Source: Dicyema japonicum (Eukaryota; Animalia; Dicyemida). Taken from it: DNA of 64,000 bases. Of the stretch, positions 1 to 13,760 are shown one piece after another. The stretch's first letter is position 1; every line of letters begins with the position of its first letter. Below the pieces are notes generated by a model, which was given only the letters and a program-made list of their open reading frames with translations, did no database searches and had not been told where the DNA came from. Made by a program: the position numbers and the translations under genes. Where the stretch lies: contig RDEW01000006.1 in assembly GCA_011109175.1 (NCBI GenBank), positions 67,612 through 131,611 of the forward strand. Reading direction: 5' to 3'.

Positions 1-1149
1 AGGATTCACAATAGGTAATGGGTATGCGCTTAAAAAGATTGTGTCTCATGCTTAGTGGCATTATTTTTATTTGGACACTAACGTGATGCCAAGATCATGA
101 CAAAGCATGTGCTAACACGAAAGTTATCAATCTAATAAACATCGCCCTTCTTTTTTTTCGTGAAAAATTGCATGCTTGAAGAACTCAAACTACTGTCATT
201 GTTTTAACGTGCAAATGCTATAAATCTCACTCGGGAGTTATCCAAATCGATGCACCAACTAGAGCGTCATTTTAATCTGTTGTTTCAAAGAATAAGTGGG
301 TGATCATTTTTGCTATCGAAATATTTTTTGTGAGGAGTTTACTATTGATTTTGATTAAATCAGATTGAGAACAACCGGAAGGGTTATTTTAAATCTACCT
401 TCGAATTTCGGGGATTCCACTGTGAAATACACTTCCATCATATATTTCGATGAAGTTGTAGGGTCAAGACCCTCTATGTGTCCGAAAAGTTTCCATTGAT
501 CTTTGATAATTGCTTTTGATAGTTTCAAGATCTTTTAATTTGGTGTTATTGGTTACCAATGACCACACGTATTTTCCTTTTGTGGAACGCATAGAGTCTA
601 TTATGTTCATTATTTTATAATTTCAACGTGACTGCATTATATAATTAGGAGGCAAAAATTACTTTTTGAGAAGACCTTACGGTTCAGAAACTCAGACAAA
701 TAGTGTTGAAAATACTTAGAGTTCACTAATTCCTCGGAAATCTCAGCTTTAGATAATTTTAGAACCATAAATTTTATGGACATACGAGCATCTTCAATGC
801 AGTTCCCCAAAACAATATCAATTTTGCAAAGATCCTCAAATTTCCTCAAAAAATTTGAAAAATTCTGAAACATGAAGCCATTAATTTATGAAATAAAAGA
901 AATAAGAAATATTTTCAATTTCTGACAATATAAGGCAGTAGAATATGACCATATAAATACAAAATGTGCTGTATGAGTTCGGATAGTATAGGAATTCTTA
1001 CTACATTATTTGAAAACGCATTTTTTGTTGGACCAATTAACACATCTTTCTTTCACAAATTATTTGGGACACTTAAAATTTATTATTTTTAATTTAATTA
1101 TTTTTTATGTTATAAGTTTACAACTTTTTTAAGTCAAGAAAACTTATTT

Positions 1150-1740
1150 ATTTATAATCGCTTACACAAGAGAGTACGGAAGGAAGGCTTCAACCGGCAA
1201 TAGAGGTTACTGTGGAGAGAAGAGCATTGCCGTTCAGCAAATGGAAAAAAGTATTAGGTCTGACTTTCGATACGCACATGAACTATTCGAGACACGTCAC
1301 TAACGTGCTGAACACATGTGAGAAGAAAATCAACCTTCTGAAATGCCTAACAGGTCTATGGAAAATTGTGCATCACCTTTACTTAAAACGTTCTACTCAC
1401 AGTACATCGAACCATGCATTTCATATGCGGGTACTTCATAGGGACCACTGGCCTCTTATACGAACATCCAGAAAATCTCCGCAACCCAGAAAAGGGCCTT
1501 CAAGCTAACGGAGAGATGGTACACAGGGGAAAATATTAAATCACCAACGCCCATGGAGAAACTAATCGAAAAAACAAGAATGGACACCAATGCCAAAAAG
1601 AAAGTGCTCGTCCGCAACGTAATTGTGTAAGCTCAAAAGATCAAAACCAAGAAAAGATGAGAGACTTGATCCAATTCGTCGGGATCACTTAGTTTAGTTT
1701 TAATTTGGTTTAACACTGGTCTTTTGAATTTATTTAATTT
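1150..1740 (+). mobile_element. 3' fragment of APE-RT non-LTR retrotransposon (RT C-terminal region plus 3' tail)
   Basis: KVLGLTFDTHMNYSRHV...KINLLKCLTG is the typical post-RT segment of I/Ingi/Jockey-type LINEs; ends in the GGATCACTTAGTTTAG tail shared by other copies in the window. Confidence 0.75.
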
Positions 1741-1751
1741 AATAATCAAAA

Positions 1752-2050
1752 TGTCGCGTTGCATCATGTGGTGGTTAATAGGTAGATATTTTATTTTCCT
1801 TCGCTATAATGGCTTCATTGGATACATCTTACTCAGGAGATGCAAAATGCCAGGCCAGCATTCAAAAGGATCCAACTATTTATTCCATTGGGAGACAAAT
1901 TTGTCCCTGGCGACGAGTTCTAAAATCGCCCTCAGCTCTCCGAACAACTTCCTCTGAATCACTGTTCTTGGGTAATAGTTTTGTTGGAATGCGTCTGGAT
2001 CAAGGAATCAGTTAGTTTAGTTTGACCCTTGGTATTTGGATTATTATTTA
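1752..2050 (+). mobile_element. Short non-autonomous retroelement (LINE-derived head with pseudoknot, LINE-like tail)
   Basis: Head GTCGCGTTGCATCATGTGGTG resembles 42717; pseudoknot motif at 1810-1874; body matches 60525-60660; tail GGAATCAGTTAGTTTAG. Confidence 0.6.
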
Positions 2051-2054
2051 TTAA

Positions 2055-2440
2055 TCCCAGGCTCACAATATTTGGTAAGCACAACACAAACAGTCACAAC
2101 TAATTAATCCAAGGAAGGAGCCCAAGGGAGAAGTGTGCCGACTAAATCTTTCCTCTAAATAAAATATAGTGAAAAAAACCGGCATTAAAGTAAATATCCA
2201 AAGCGGACGCTCATAGATAAATGTTAATATGGCGTCGGGTGGTTCGTGACTTTCAGTGTTGAAAGATATCAAAAAGAATCATCTCCCGGTCGACTCGTTT
2301 ATCTGGAAGGATAACCTCGACTTGAAATGTGAGACGTTGCTTGCTATTCTGGATACTCATACTTTCTGGAGACATAGAATCGAACCCAGGACCAAAATTT
2401 ATCTTTATTATGCAACTCAATGTTTACAGTATAAAATCGC
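2055..2440 (-). mobile_element. Possible tRNA-headed SINE with LINE-type tail
   Basis: Minus strand has a B-box-like GGTTCGATTC at about 2378-2387 and ends in a GGATTAATTAGTTG tail; the tail region recurs at about 13040-13090. No clear A box. Confidence 0.35.
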
Positions 2441-2609
2441 GTCGGAAGATGGAATGAGAAAATCAGATATTTTTACATAGTACATGTGAAATAGTATTAA
2501 AAATGATGGACATGTTAGTTTGAAATGTTTATTAAATGAAAGATTCAATTAAAAAATGTTTTTAGAAAATTCGTGAATACTTATTCGATTCTTATGGAAA
2601 TGGGCGACT

Positions 2610-3030
2610 TGCACTGTCGGGCTTGAACATCGGTGCTTGGCTTAACGCGTTCCCATCATCGTCAATTGGTTTCCTTCAGAAACAGGACGCCGTCCGGAAT
2701 GGGATATCACTACGTCTCGAAATCGACCTGTCCCAACATCATCCATGCCGTTCTGGATCTGTTGCCTACTTAAAAAGACTTCACCTGCTCTCCTGTCTCA
2801 GCAGCAGCATGCCGCTATCAACAGGGTTTTGAAGAGCTCTCTAGAGGAGATCTCTGGAACCGGTGGAGATGAAAAGTTCCCGGACGGAGTAACTGTCTTC
2901 CCCTTCTCTCAGGGAAATGCTTGATTTGAGAGGGGGCATGTACCGACACCTTTTCCCTGTCAAGACTTGCTGGTTCGCGCTGAAAGCTGGAGAGGCTGAA
3001 AAGACTTCAAGTTGTGACATCATGTATGGG
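2610..3030 (+). mobile_element. CRE-clade (RLE) non-LTR retrotransposon 3' fragment, degenerate
   Basis: GAWLNAFPSSSIG...ISLRLEIDL..HPC, homologous to 32584-33380. Confidence 0.7.
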
Positions 3031-3031
3031 A

Positions 3032-3560
3032 ACAACCATAAATGTAGCTTAAAAGATGATAACCATCGATACACCGTCCTTGAGGATATTTCCATTTAAC
3101 ACAAAATTAAGGTTAAGACAGAGTGAGGCAGCTATTCTCACTGCTTCGTCGTCAGAAGGTTGCTAATTTTATCACATGAATATACATTCAAACAAGCATT
3201 TGTTGAATCATCTTGAAGCAGATCTTCTAGCATCATATTGCTCTCAAGCAACTCTTTCTTTTTCAAAAACACATCTTAATGCGATTTCAGATTAATTCGG
3301 TTATTTAGATCATTAAGGAAATATCCTTTTTAACGTCCACAGATCCAAAAATAAGAGTGAGAGGTAAAGTCAGTATAAACCATGGCATCCACTATTGGTT
3401 GCGAATAAGAGTAAGGATACTAATCGCATATATAGTCATCAAATATAGTTAAAATTACTTTAACGGTTGACCTAATTTTACTGTCAAGGAGAAATATGAT
3501 CTATTTTTACTTTCAAATAGAAAAGAACATAGGATGGTGAATAGCTTTTGGTCCTGATAG
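3032..3560. repeat. ~520-bp dispersed direct repeat, copy 1
   Basis: Aligns colinearly with 5408-5937 (e.g. AGCTTAAAAGATGATAACCATCGAT, GAAGCAGA.CTTCTAGCATCATATT, AAAATTACTTTAACGGTTGACCTAATTTTACTGTCAA). Confidence 0.9.
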
Positions 3561-3589
3561 ATTTTTCATTAGATATATCAAGCTGGTTA

Positions 3590-4540
3590 TAATTTAGCCA
3601 AATTTGAATCTTGTGAAGGTATTCTTGTAGTCTTTCTGATGCCTTTGGGATATCTTATCGCAGGATCCGATTAAAAGTCATCAGCATAAGATAGGATATA
3701 ATCATCTTTATTATGGGGGAAGGGCGTGGTAAATCGGACATGTATAAGTTAAATAAGGCGGGTGATAAAGAGGAACCTTGTGAGACACCATTGGGTAGTA
3801 ATCTTGAAATTGATTTGGTCCCAACCTTGTATACCCGGGCCTTTCTTCCATTTATGAAGTTAGCAAGCCAAAGTTTTATATTGGGTTGACGGAGAGAACA
3901 ACAATTTCCGGGTTAGATTTTCCTTGAGACAGAGTCGAGACTTTTTGTAAATCGAGCAAATGACTGCTTTGAGGTGACGATGATTTGTGTTAAAGCCTTC
4001 AATGATAAATTGGTTGAGGGAAGTTAGGTGGGTGGAAGTTGAATGAACCCTTCTAAATCCATGTTGTGAGTACGAAAAAAGAAGGAACGGGGTTATAAAA
4101 TTAAGAATCAATTTTTCCAATAACTTTGATAAGGTGCATAGTAAAGAGATAGGTCGAACTGATGCAGGATTGTTTTTAGGCTTCCCAGGCTTAAAGATTT
4201 GGCGTATACAGGACAGTTTTCCAGATAGTTGGAATTGTATTCATGTTTATTAAATAGTTGAAAATCACTGTGATTGCATCAATCGCAATAGGTCCAAGAT
4301 GTTTTAGTAAAAAACCAGGGATAGAATCTGTCCCACATGAGAGTGAAGAATTCATCTCTTTAAACCCTCACTGATATCTGAATCAGAGATAAAGTTAATC
4401 GGATGTGATCTTTGTCTTATTGAAGATAAAGAAGCCCATTTTCCTGAAAAGGTTTGTGGCTTATATTTGCGTAATATTTCATGAGCTTGTTAAGACTGTG
4501 CTGACAAGTCTTTTGTCTTTCAAAATTTCCTAGTGGACCA
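3590..4540 (-). mobile_element. LINE reverse transcriptase fragment, degenerate
   Basis: QHGFRRVHSTST, GVSQGSSLSPALFN and SYADDF motifs with frameshifts. Confidence 0.85.
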
Positions 4541-5407
4541 AGTTGTTTAATCTACAATCGTATATGTGGTTCCGGATTTCTCCGTATTGGGAGAAAGATG
4601 GACATCCAATCGGCCTCTCACTGTTTCACGCAATCGACTTCCTCTGCATGGATTAATGACGGCACTTCCGTTCGGCAGTGGGAATAATGGAGAGCACAGG
4701 CTTTGGATGGCACGTTTGCTTGCGTGAATTGGGATCACCTAACAATTTGACATTATTTTGCCTTTCTTTTTGAGTGGTCCTGAGGCTACTAAATAATAAT
4801 TAATTAACAGGACTGTAAATAAAAATAGACATTAAAAGCATTATGTAAATAAAAAGATATACTCCATCCTCATTTTCGAAAACGATAGACAGCTCAAAAA
4901 TTATCTTTAGCATGTTTTCCCGCAACAGTCTCGTTTAACCAAAACTCTCAAATGTGAAAGATACAAATAGCCTGAATGTTTCCGATCACAAGTCGACAGC
5001 AATCTTCGATAAAATTCAGCTAAAAAAGATGTCCATAGAATAGGCCACATTCCACATTTTTTTCCAAGTACGTATAGATTAACCGAAAGCATCAAGTTAA
5101 CGAGCTCCCTGCAGTATAGTCACATGAATTTTTAATTGTCGGCATTTTAATCTTCGATTAGTAAATTAATTATTATATTGAGCGACTTTAATGGCTAGGT
5201 ATTTTACCTTACAAGATTAGACCTCGAAACAATCAGTCCCACGAGATACTAGTATATTTTAACATGTGTAACGCCCCAAGCAATGTTTCAACCATTAGCG
5301 AATGGGAATATCGTTATCCCTTCGGGGCGTTGCCATCGCAAAGGAAGAAACTAGTTGTGGCCAGCAGAAAAAGTGCATTTTTAATGTCAAGTTGTTACCT
5401 CGGGGAC

Positions 5408-5937
5408 AGCCATAAATTAGCTTAAAAGATGATAACCATCGATTCAGCGTCCACAAATGAATTTTCATTAACACAAAATAAGGTCAAATCGGAGCAAGGT
5501 AGTTATTCTCACTGCCTCTTTGTCAGAACGTTGCCAATTTACCACATTGATAAACATTCAACCAAGGATTTGTTAAATAATTTCTAGTCGTCTTGAAGCA
5601 GACCTTCTAGCATCATATTCCTCTCAAGGAACTTTTTTTTAAAAACATATCTTAATGTGATTTCAGATTAATTCGGTCATTTAGATCATTATGGAAATGT
5701 CCTCCTAAACGTCCAGAGATCCTGAAATAAGAGAAGTGGTAAAGTCAGAATAAACTTATGACATCCACATTTGTTGCGAATAATATTAAGGATGCTAATA
5801 GCATCTATAGTCATCAAATGTATATTTAAAATTACTTTAACGGTTGACCTAATTTTACTGTCAAAGAGAAATATGACCTATTTTTACATTCAAGTAAAAA
5901 GAACATCGGAGGTTGAAAATCTTTTAGTCCTGATAAA
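5408..5937. repeat. ~520-bp dispersed direct repeat, copy 2
   Basis: Colinear with 3032-3560. Confidence 0.9.
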
Positions 5938-6691
5938 TCGATATGTAGCCAAAATCGCACAAAAAATTATTTTGTCATTAATTGATTACCTTATTCGATT
6001 TTTTAATATTTCACATAAAATCAATTCGAGAGAGCGAATGTTGGTCATTCGTTACTTGAAGAATATCATCTATTTGATTCTAAAGAAGGCAAAAGATTCT
6101 CTCATCATTCTCAGGCTAACTAATTCAAACTGCTTTGTGTTAACTTCACGTCTAATTCTCTAAAATTAGACTAATTTAATTAACTTGCAGTACTCATGTC
6201 TGAAAAAATAATTTCATTTACCCTGCAGTACTCTTGCTAAAAAGAATTAGATATCATCATACTTCTAAACCAAAATCCAGGTCATCCGCATATCTTAGTT
6301 CCTAGAAAGAAGTAGGACAATTTTTAGCTCTCAATTACGAAGAGCAGCTTCCAGATAGACAACAAAAGGATTGGTTATTGTGAGTCAACTTCTGAAGTGT
6401 CAATGTGTGTAGCCTATCTTCAGATTCACTTAAAATTTTATTTTCGCGCAAATTGACCTGTAATTAAACATTATTCAAAAGTATTAAACTTTTTGACACA
6501 ATTTTTAAATTTTGATAAAGTTACTAAACATTAAGGCAAAGTTATTAGACATTTTTGACAAATTTATTAAATTTTATGGTAAAATTATTAAACAAATCGG
6601 AAAACCATGTAAATTGTGTGAATTTAATTAAATTATTTTTTAATTTTATTTTTTTAATCCAACACTTTATTTAATAAAATTATAATTAATT

Positions 6692-9243
6692 ATGACGACT
6701 GTATTTCATGTAGTAATTTTTATTTCTTGTGGTTATCGTATATTCATTATTTTGGTATTTAATCTTATAGATGTTCACTTTTCGTGTTAAACTTGTCATT
6801 CGATATTTTGACATCACAGAATTTATGCAAAACGAATTAATAAGTAGAACTCTGTATTAAATATAAATTATTAAGATATTGGATTAATTGTACATATTCG
6901 ATAACTGGCCTACCTGAATTTTATGTAGCTGCATTAATTGTTCAAAATATTAATTTGAACCTGATGTCATTTTCATTATTGGGAATGAGTTAGATGATTG
7001 TAATTATTATTATATTATATAGTCGATGTGGTTAAAATGATGAAAGTTTAAAATGTAGACCACCAAACATTCCCCTACCATTAAATTGTTACATATTTTT
7101 TTAAATTATAGAATTTTGATACTGTATTCCCTCAAATTCATATCTATCGAATTTGCGGAAAATTTATTATTACTTGAATTATGTACATTTTTTATAATTA
7201 ATGTAGAACTTTCCTCGAGGAATAAATGTTATTCAAGTTTTTAAAGTTATTCCAACTTTTTATTTAGAGTATTTTTAATAATAATATAGTGTTATCGTTT
7301 GTATCGATTCATTCGAAATCCAGAGGCGTATGATATTATATTTAGTATAGATATGAAGCAACTAATAGATTACTATCATATAATAAATTGTATATGTTAG
7401 AAAATAATATATTTAGAGAAGGCAGGCGACAAGTGAATTACGTAATTAATAATGTTATTTCAGTCTGCAGTGCCAATTAAAAACAAGTATAATGTACTTG
7501 GAACTTGCGGAGTTCAATTTAACATTTAACTAACTTAATCGTTCATTTTTCTGTGATATAAAATGGTGTTAATTAATTCAAATTTATTATGATTTAATTA
7601 TTATCCGGGTTGGACAACTGAATTACACAGCTGTACTTTCGTTTCTAAAAGAATAATTTTACTTAAAAAACGATTAAAGAAAATCGACTTTGATAGGTGT
7701 TAAAGAACGGACGTTTTCTCTGATTTATGCAGAACAACTAATAATCATATAAGACTTAAATCAACTTGCAAAAATACGGAGGGATCTTATGCTTGTGAGT
7801 GCTCAAAGGGTACTGTCGATATTAATGGCAATGTGTCGGTAAACAAGTTTTAATGAATTTGAGATATAAATGAATGTGAGGATCCTAAAATCTGCTCTTC
7901 AAATAGTCGTTGTCGAAACGATTATGGAGACTTTTTTGCATTTGCAAAGGTGGATGCCTAAAACACAAAAGTTCGTGAACGGTTCCTGTTTTTGAGCATT
8001 TTAGATGTCGACGAGTGCAAAAATAATCAATGCTATCAGAATTTGTAATTACAGATGGGTCATACAATTGCTATTGTTTTGTGTGATTCTTTAAGGACCT
8101 TACAAGTAATCAGCATGTTGGTAGAAATGAATGTGATTGCAAGATATAAACGAGTGCTTGATGGGGCTGCTAAGTGCCAGTAACAAGAATAATGTGTGTA
8201 GGTAACTTTACTGTGCTCATATAAATTACTAATTTCATGATATTATATATCACAGAAAGCATATGCGAGTCGACGTAGCGAAATGTTGAGTAAATTAGAT
8301 CTGCGTTATTACTGGTAGCTCGTAACACTGCGAATGTGGGGACGGATATGAAGAATATACTGTTGGTGACAAAACACTGTGTACAGGTCGGTTAATCATG
8401 AAAATCAAGCACAAAATCTTCCGTATAAGTTTCAGCTTTGTGATCTCGTTAATGGACTCTGTGTTAACAACGCGTTCTTGTACGGTTGTACTGTAAATCC
8501 GGCTTTTACGGAAACGGGTATCATTGTTACGGTTTGTGTTGGGAATTAAGATCAACGAGCGTCTTGATAATACATTAAAATCGTGCAATTAAAATCATGA
8601 CATTGGTGGGATGCATTTCATTAACGTCTAGGTATATTCAAATATTTAGTTTAATCACTAATGAGTGCAAGGGCCATCTCTAATGCGATCACTTGTGCGC
8701 GAAAATAAATGGCTCTGATGCCTACATCTTTCATAGCGGATTTGGAATGTCTCCTTCTGCGAGGTGTATTAGTATTTTATCTTTGTTCTCTTTACAGATA
8801 TAAATAAGTGGGAGGTAAGTAACCGCTGTAGAGTCAACAGTTATTATAGCAATGAAATCGGACATTATAACTGTCATTGAACAATATTACTTCCGTGATG
8901 GTGACAAAGCAGTCCAAATTTTTTGATCTAGTTTTTGTGTGGGGTTTGTTTTCCGTTGAGAAGCATGGTTATACCAAAGTAAAAGAATCTTCTGTTCGAG
9001 ATGTGCATGATTTTAGAGATGTGCATGATTTATCGTTGATAGATTATGGTCAACCATCTATTTAGTCAGGAAGTATTGGAGTTGTCCAGTGGCTGTGTGT
9101 TGATAAATGTTACGTTTACAGCATCTGCATTAGTGATTTGCCGTCGTATTTTGTTTGTAAGGCATGTAAAAACAGATTAAAAGTGACGGAGACAAGAGGG
9201 ATCTCTGTTACATTCCGTTAGATAGGAACTTCATGACTTTCTT
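6692..9243 (+). pseudogene. Decayed cell-surface gene with tandem calcium-binding EGF repeats (fibrillin/adhesion-protein-like)
   Basis: DINECEDPKICSSNSRCRNDYGDF (7863), DVDECKNNQC (8004), DINEC (8143) and further Cys-rich units, each preceded by an AG acceptor of a short intron; many stops and frameshifts. The 5' boundary (signal-peptide-like MTTVFHVVIFYFLW) is tentative. Confidence 0.7.
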
Positions 9244-11184
9244 GGAGGTTTTGATATGACCCTTCTTCTCCATTACCCAGGAAGTGACCAATTCATCTTT
9301 TGTAATTTTCTGGTATTTTCATTGGTCCCAGGCTTCAAGGTCTATTCTATATTTGATAACTTCCAAATTATAAAAATAAAATTATGATTGCTGGATTAAT
9401 TCGGTGCATAAAAGATGAGACCTAAAGGATCCAAATTTTTAAGAATAATTATGGGTATTATTTCAGATCCATAGTAATCGGTTTTATATTATTTTCGACC
9501 TCAATTTTATTGGTAGAGAAAATGTCTTCGTTTTGTAAAGTCTCAAATTGAAGTATTTTTCAAAGTGATCAGCTATGGTACCTGTGCGTTCCTGGTTTTG
9601 TATATGGGTCTTCGCGCTAGATCTTTAGTGATGCATACATTTGCACTTCGTGTTTGTACTTTCCTATAATATTTGCAAGGTTTTTGTAGCTCTGTTTCGT
9701 GGTTTATCTGACATTTTTTCTTGATTTCTCGCATAATTTTGTTTCTTTGAACTTTGAACTCAGTTGCTTTCACTTGGTTGTGAGTGTTCGTGCATTTAAT
9801 ACGTAGATCCTTTTGTAAATGGGAGAGGTGATCTATATGTGGGTCGTGTATTCTTTGAATGTTTTGTTTGAAGTGATCTTACGATGGCTGAATCTTTTTA
9901 AAGCTAGTTAGTTACTTAATTAATCCCGGCCTCATTACTTGGACTGCAAATACTGGTTGTTCACATAGATCGTTCAGTCCTCGAATTGTAGACGAATAGT
10001 GTACTAATTCAGGACATTCAAAATGTGATTTGTTTCAACTCGGAAACTTCGTAAAAAACATATTTAAATCATCCAGTTTACGTACATACGCCTTTAGAGA
10101 GGGTGGTACCCAAATCTTAGACGATCCAGGTTTACCTGGATGTCCCTCAAGAGACGTTCAATTCACGGACAGAATCAAGGTGGATATTGCACTTATTTAG
10201 GAATCGAAACTTTCTGGATTTGTTCTCTGCCTTGGTTAAAAAATATTTTGAAATCTGCTTACAAATTGAAGGATTTGGTGCTGGCCTTTTTGTATCGGAT
10301 ATCAATTGACCTATGTCTCATATTGCACTTTCACCTTGTTAATGAGATAATGAAACTGATTTCAATAAACTCATATAAGTTCGTTTAACAGATTTGTATG
10401 ACCTCTATATACTCTCTAACACCTTTCTTGCTGGTTAATAAGGTTTCATCAAATAATATTAACCTTCTCTAAAAGGTAATCCGTGAAGAGTATAAATAAA
10501 GTCACTGATGAATATTTCCAAAGTGAAAACTCTTCCATCTAAGAATGAAGCTATTTCTCCGACGGTAGAATGTGTGATTAAAATAGAAGAGGTTAGACCT
10601 ATTTCTTAATTTAACCTCGAAAGCTGAAGCGTTTGATGAATTATTGTGTCAAACAGTTAGTTTCAACTTGGTATGCCTACGTTGTTGTCACCATATAGAT
10701 TCGTATCTGTACAGAATTGGACAATCATCATGTCGTCCTGACGACCAGAAGACAGGTTATTACTTCTCGAACAGATAATATTGATTAAACAGTCAAATAG
10801 GTTAACCTTTTATAAAAGCTATAAGTTTAAAAGTAAAATTTGATAGTGGTAATATATTACCACTTTGCGTTTTAAAATATTTTTCATTGTCAGTTTAAGA
10901 AAAACTCTCTTTGGTGATGGATTTAGCGTATAATTCTATAATTTCACTTTCCTTCCCTGCCATTTAAACTTCTAGACTTTCGGTAATTAGAAATATTATA
11001 GGGCCATAATCATAAGAACCTATAAATTACTAATAATTCATAATTAGGAGCATCGTTATCTCCAAGAGAATCAGAGGATATCATTGCTCAATAAGAATAA
11101 ATGCAGTATTTGTTACTAGTCATTTAATAATAATAATATTCGCACTTTCCGAGGAGCCATATCAGTTATAGCTCTGTAATTCTT

Positions 11185-11335
11185 CCAGGAAAAGTGTCGA
11201 CCACTTTGCGAAAAACTGTGGTCGTATGCTAAACAGCGATTACCTACGAAGGCATAATGAGGTGGCTGTACATGTGTCGTCAATATATAACTAAGAAAAC
11301 TAAGAGACTCAAGGAACATTCCATGTACAATATTA
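11185..11335 (+). mobile_element. R4/Dong-like retrotransposon fragment (zinc-knuckle/RHN region)
   Basis: KSVDHFAKNCGRMLNSDYLRRHNEV; similar to 37275-37410 and about 55560-55690. Confidence 0.65.
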
Positions 11336-13183
11336 CTGCGAACAAGTTTGTGAGATTCAAGTGGATTTAACAGTAAGCGTCCCAGACCAAGGTTTCCCCT
11401 CTTCAAATGGGAAAATTGTGATCCCGTCGGGACGTTTTCCATCTCCTTTGTCCAGGCCAACAGGTTCAAGTATGGCGGGGTATTCCGCAGACTCCTCCAG
11501 GGCTCTTTAAAAATTATTTTACAATATGGCGAACCTTTCAAAACATTAGAATTTTATTTGGCGTGTAGTTTCCACGTATCTGTGGTTAATTTTTTTTATT
11601 TTTTGTATTGCATTCTATTTTTTGTTCTATTGTCATACATTTGCTTCAATATTATATATATTATTGGATTCATCAAATAGTGTTGAAGGCTGCTAGCAAA
11701 ATCTCAAATATATTGGTAACAAATAATCATGGGTTATTCTTCACTATTTGATTTTTCGGTATTTACTGTGATCTGTTATTCAAATTTTTTTTACTTGTAA
11801 AAATTATATATTATTGAAAATATGATAATTTATTTCTATGTCGAAATTTTATTGGAATTAAAAAAATATTTATCATGAGACGAACTGTTAGTTGGATATC
11901 CACGCCAACAGTCTGATATGTTTGTTGAGTCAACTGTCACGTTGTCGATTATCGCTTTTGTATCTGTTTTCATTGTGTGATCTGAAATTTCCACTAGGAT
12001 GTTGGCTGAATTTTCGTATTTTATTCCCTCTTCATATAGATTGTCTGCTATATCAATCGTTTCTTTTACCATTCATGTACGGAGAAAACATTCTATTTCA
12101 TCCTTACTTCTTATTCTAAATAAAGTCCACATGAACACATTAACTGCATATGAAGGGTTTTTCATGAATAGAATTGTTATAATAGTTTTCTATTCTTTTC
12201 AGTATTTGTATATATTCTCCGAATTTTCCATAGAATTGGTAGATGCAGATCAAAGACTACATTAATTAAAACAGTTATACCTGTCAGTATAGACTTCATC
12301 TCTCGTGATAGTGTAAATTTGGTTTTTTTAGCCATAGACCCTGTCACGGCCAAAATGATTTAAATAATAATGAACCATATTGCTCAGATCGATGCAATCA
12401 GCCATGAACCGTACATATTTTTTTTATTAATAGTGATCATTTTGATCCGAATTTAGACTCCTCCTTTCCATAATTCTTCCCAAAAATCTGCGTATTTTTC
12501 ATTATCAATTGAGGTATTAATATTATTTTGTCCTGAAATCAAATTCCTGTAAAAGACCTTCTATTCTATTCAAACATTTGGTTGTCCATACGAAATTTTT
12601 TTCTCCATTCAAATGTTGACAATTTTTTCCATGACTTTAATCTTTTCTTGGTTATGAGACGTAATTATGGCCCTCACTCCAGATTGTTTCTCTCTGTCCA
12701 ACTAGCGACAAAGCATAACTCACCGTAGACATCTCGTCAGCAGAAAGAGTCTTCGTAAAAAACTTTTCAATAAAAACAAAATGTGATATTTAATTTAAAC
12801 AAGACGTTAATTTTGCTTACATCTGAACAACGTAGAGCATGTTTTAATTTTTTTTCCTTTGAAAATAAGGGACTGATGTAAAGTTCTCTCATTTTTGTAT
12901 TTTGGAACGCCGATCATGTTTTTATTTTAAAAATTAAAAATTTCGTCTGATGATGATTTATAATAATAAATTTAACCTATCAGCCGGACTCGATGCTTTA
13001 CCACGGACGTGATGCTATTCGACATTAACCACAGAATTACAATCTTTGGTAAGTCCAGCACAAAAAGTCACAACTAATTAATCAAAATGAGAATGTCCGC
13101 TTTTGCTGATTTTCAAGGCTCATTGTCCACACATTTCTTGTTTTGACGTTATTTATTGGGAGTGACCTTATTGATTCAAAAAG

Positions 13184-13220
13184 TGACGTCATTGATAGAT
13201 TAAGAAACCCTATAAATAGC
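13184..13220 (+). promoter_or_regulatory. Putative core promoter: CRE palindrome (TGACGTCA) and TATA box
   Basis: TGACGTCA at 13184-13191 and TATAAATA at 13211-13218, about 65 nt before the SAMHD1-like ATG at 13282. Confidence 0.35.
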
Positions 13221-13281
13221 TGTGTCATCGGGACAGATTATTTAACAAAATTTAAAATTATGAATATTTAAAATTAACATA

Positions 13282-13760
13282 ATGTACAACAAAATAGTAT
13301 TGGGGGTTATATAGTAGTTATTCAAAGATTGTATTACGAACACGTCTTCCATCCCTTTGTGTGACTATTAAAAACAATCCTGAATTTCAACGTCTTCAAT
13401 CACTAAAACGGCTTGGTCATGCATATTTGGTCTACCCTTCGGCTTCCCACTGTCGTTTTGACATAGCATAGGGTCTTGCCCTCATTCAGGTTTATTTTAG
13501 TGTTTGTCATTCAGCAGGTCATTTTTCAATGAATTTGATGGATAAACAACCCGAACTCAACATTAATGATATCAACGCCTTTTTGTCGAAATTGCTGACC
13601 TCTGTCATGGCATAGGTTGTTTCCAAGACTATAATTTGGATACAGACTTTACAGCCACCTATTTGAGGAGTTCGTCAGATTGGATGGTTACAGTTTCGAT
13701 GTTCCGCTTACTTGAACAGTTCACATGAGTCCTCTTCTTATCTAAAGTGATTACCATTCT
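13282..13760 (+). pseudogene. SAMHD1: SAMHD1-like HD-domain dNTP triphosphohydrolase, frameshifted, with mini-introns
   Basis: [41 protein letters not shown] / VCHSAGHFSMNLMDKQPELNI / EIADLCHGIG / FSHLFE match the SAMHD1 HD domain. The HD motif reads HG and there are several frameshifts. Remnants may extend to about 14200. Confidence 0.85.

Noticed and set aside
4850-5150. Possible piggyBac transposase C-terminal remnant
   Set aside because: Only a weak WP motif; no TTAA-flanked TIRs identified.
5771-6163. 130-aa plus-strand ORF
   Set aside because: TTG start, straddles a repeat boundary and has no recognisable motif; likely spurious.
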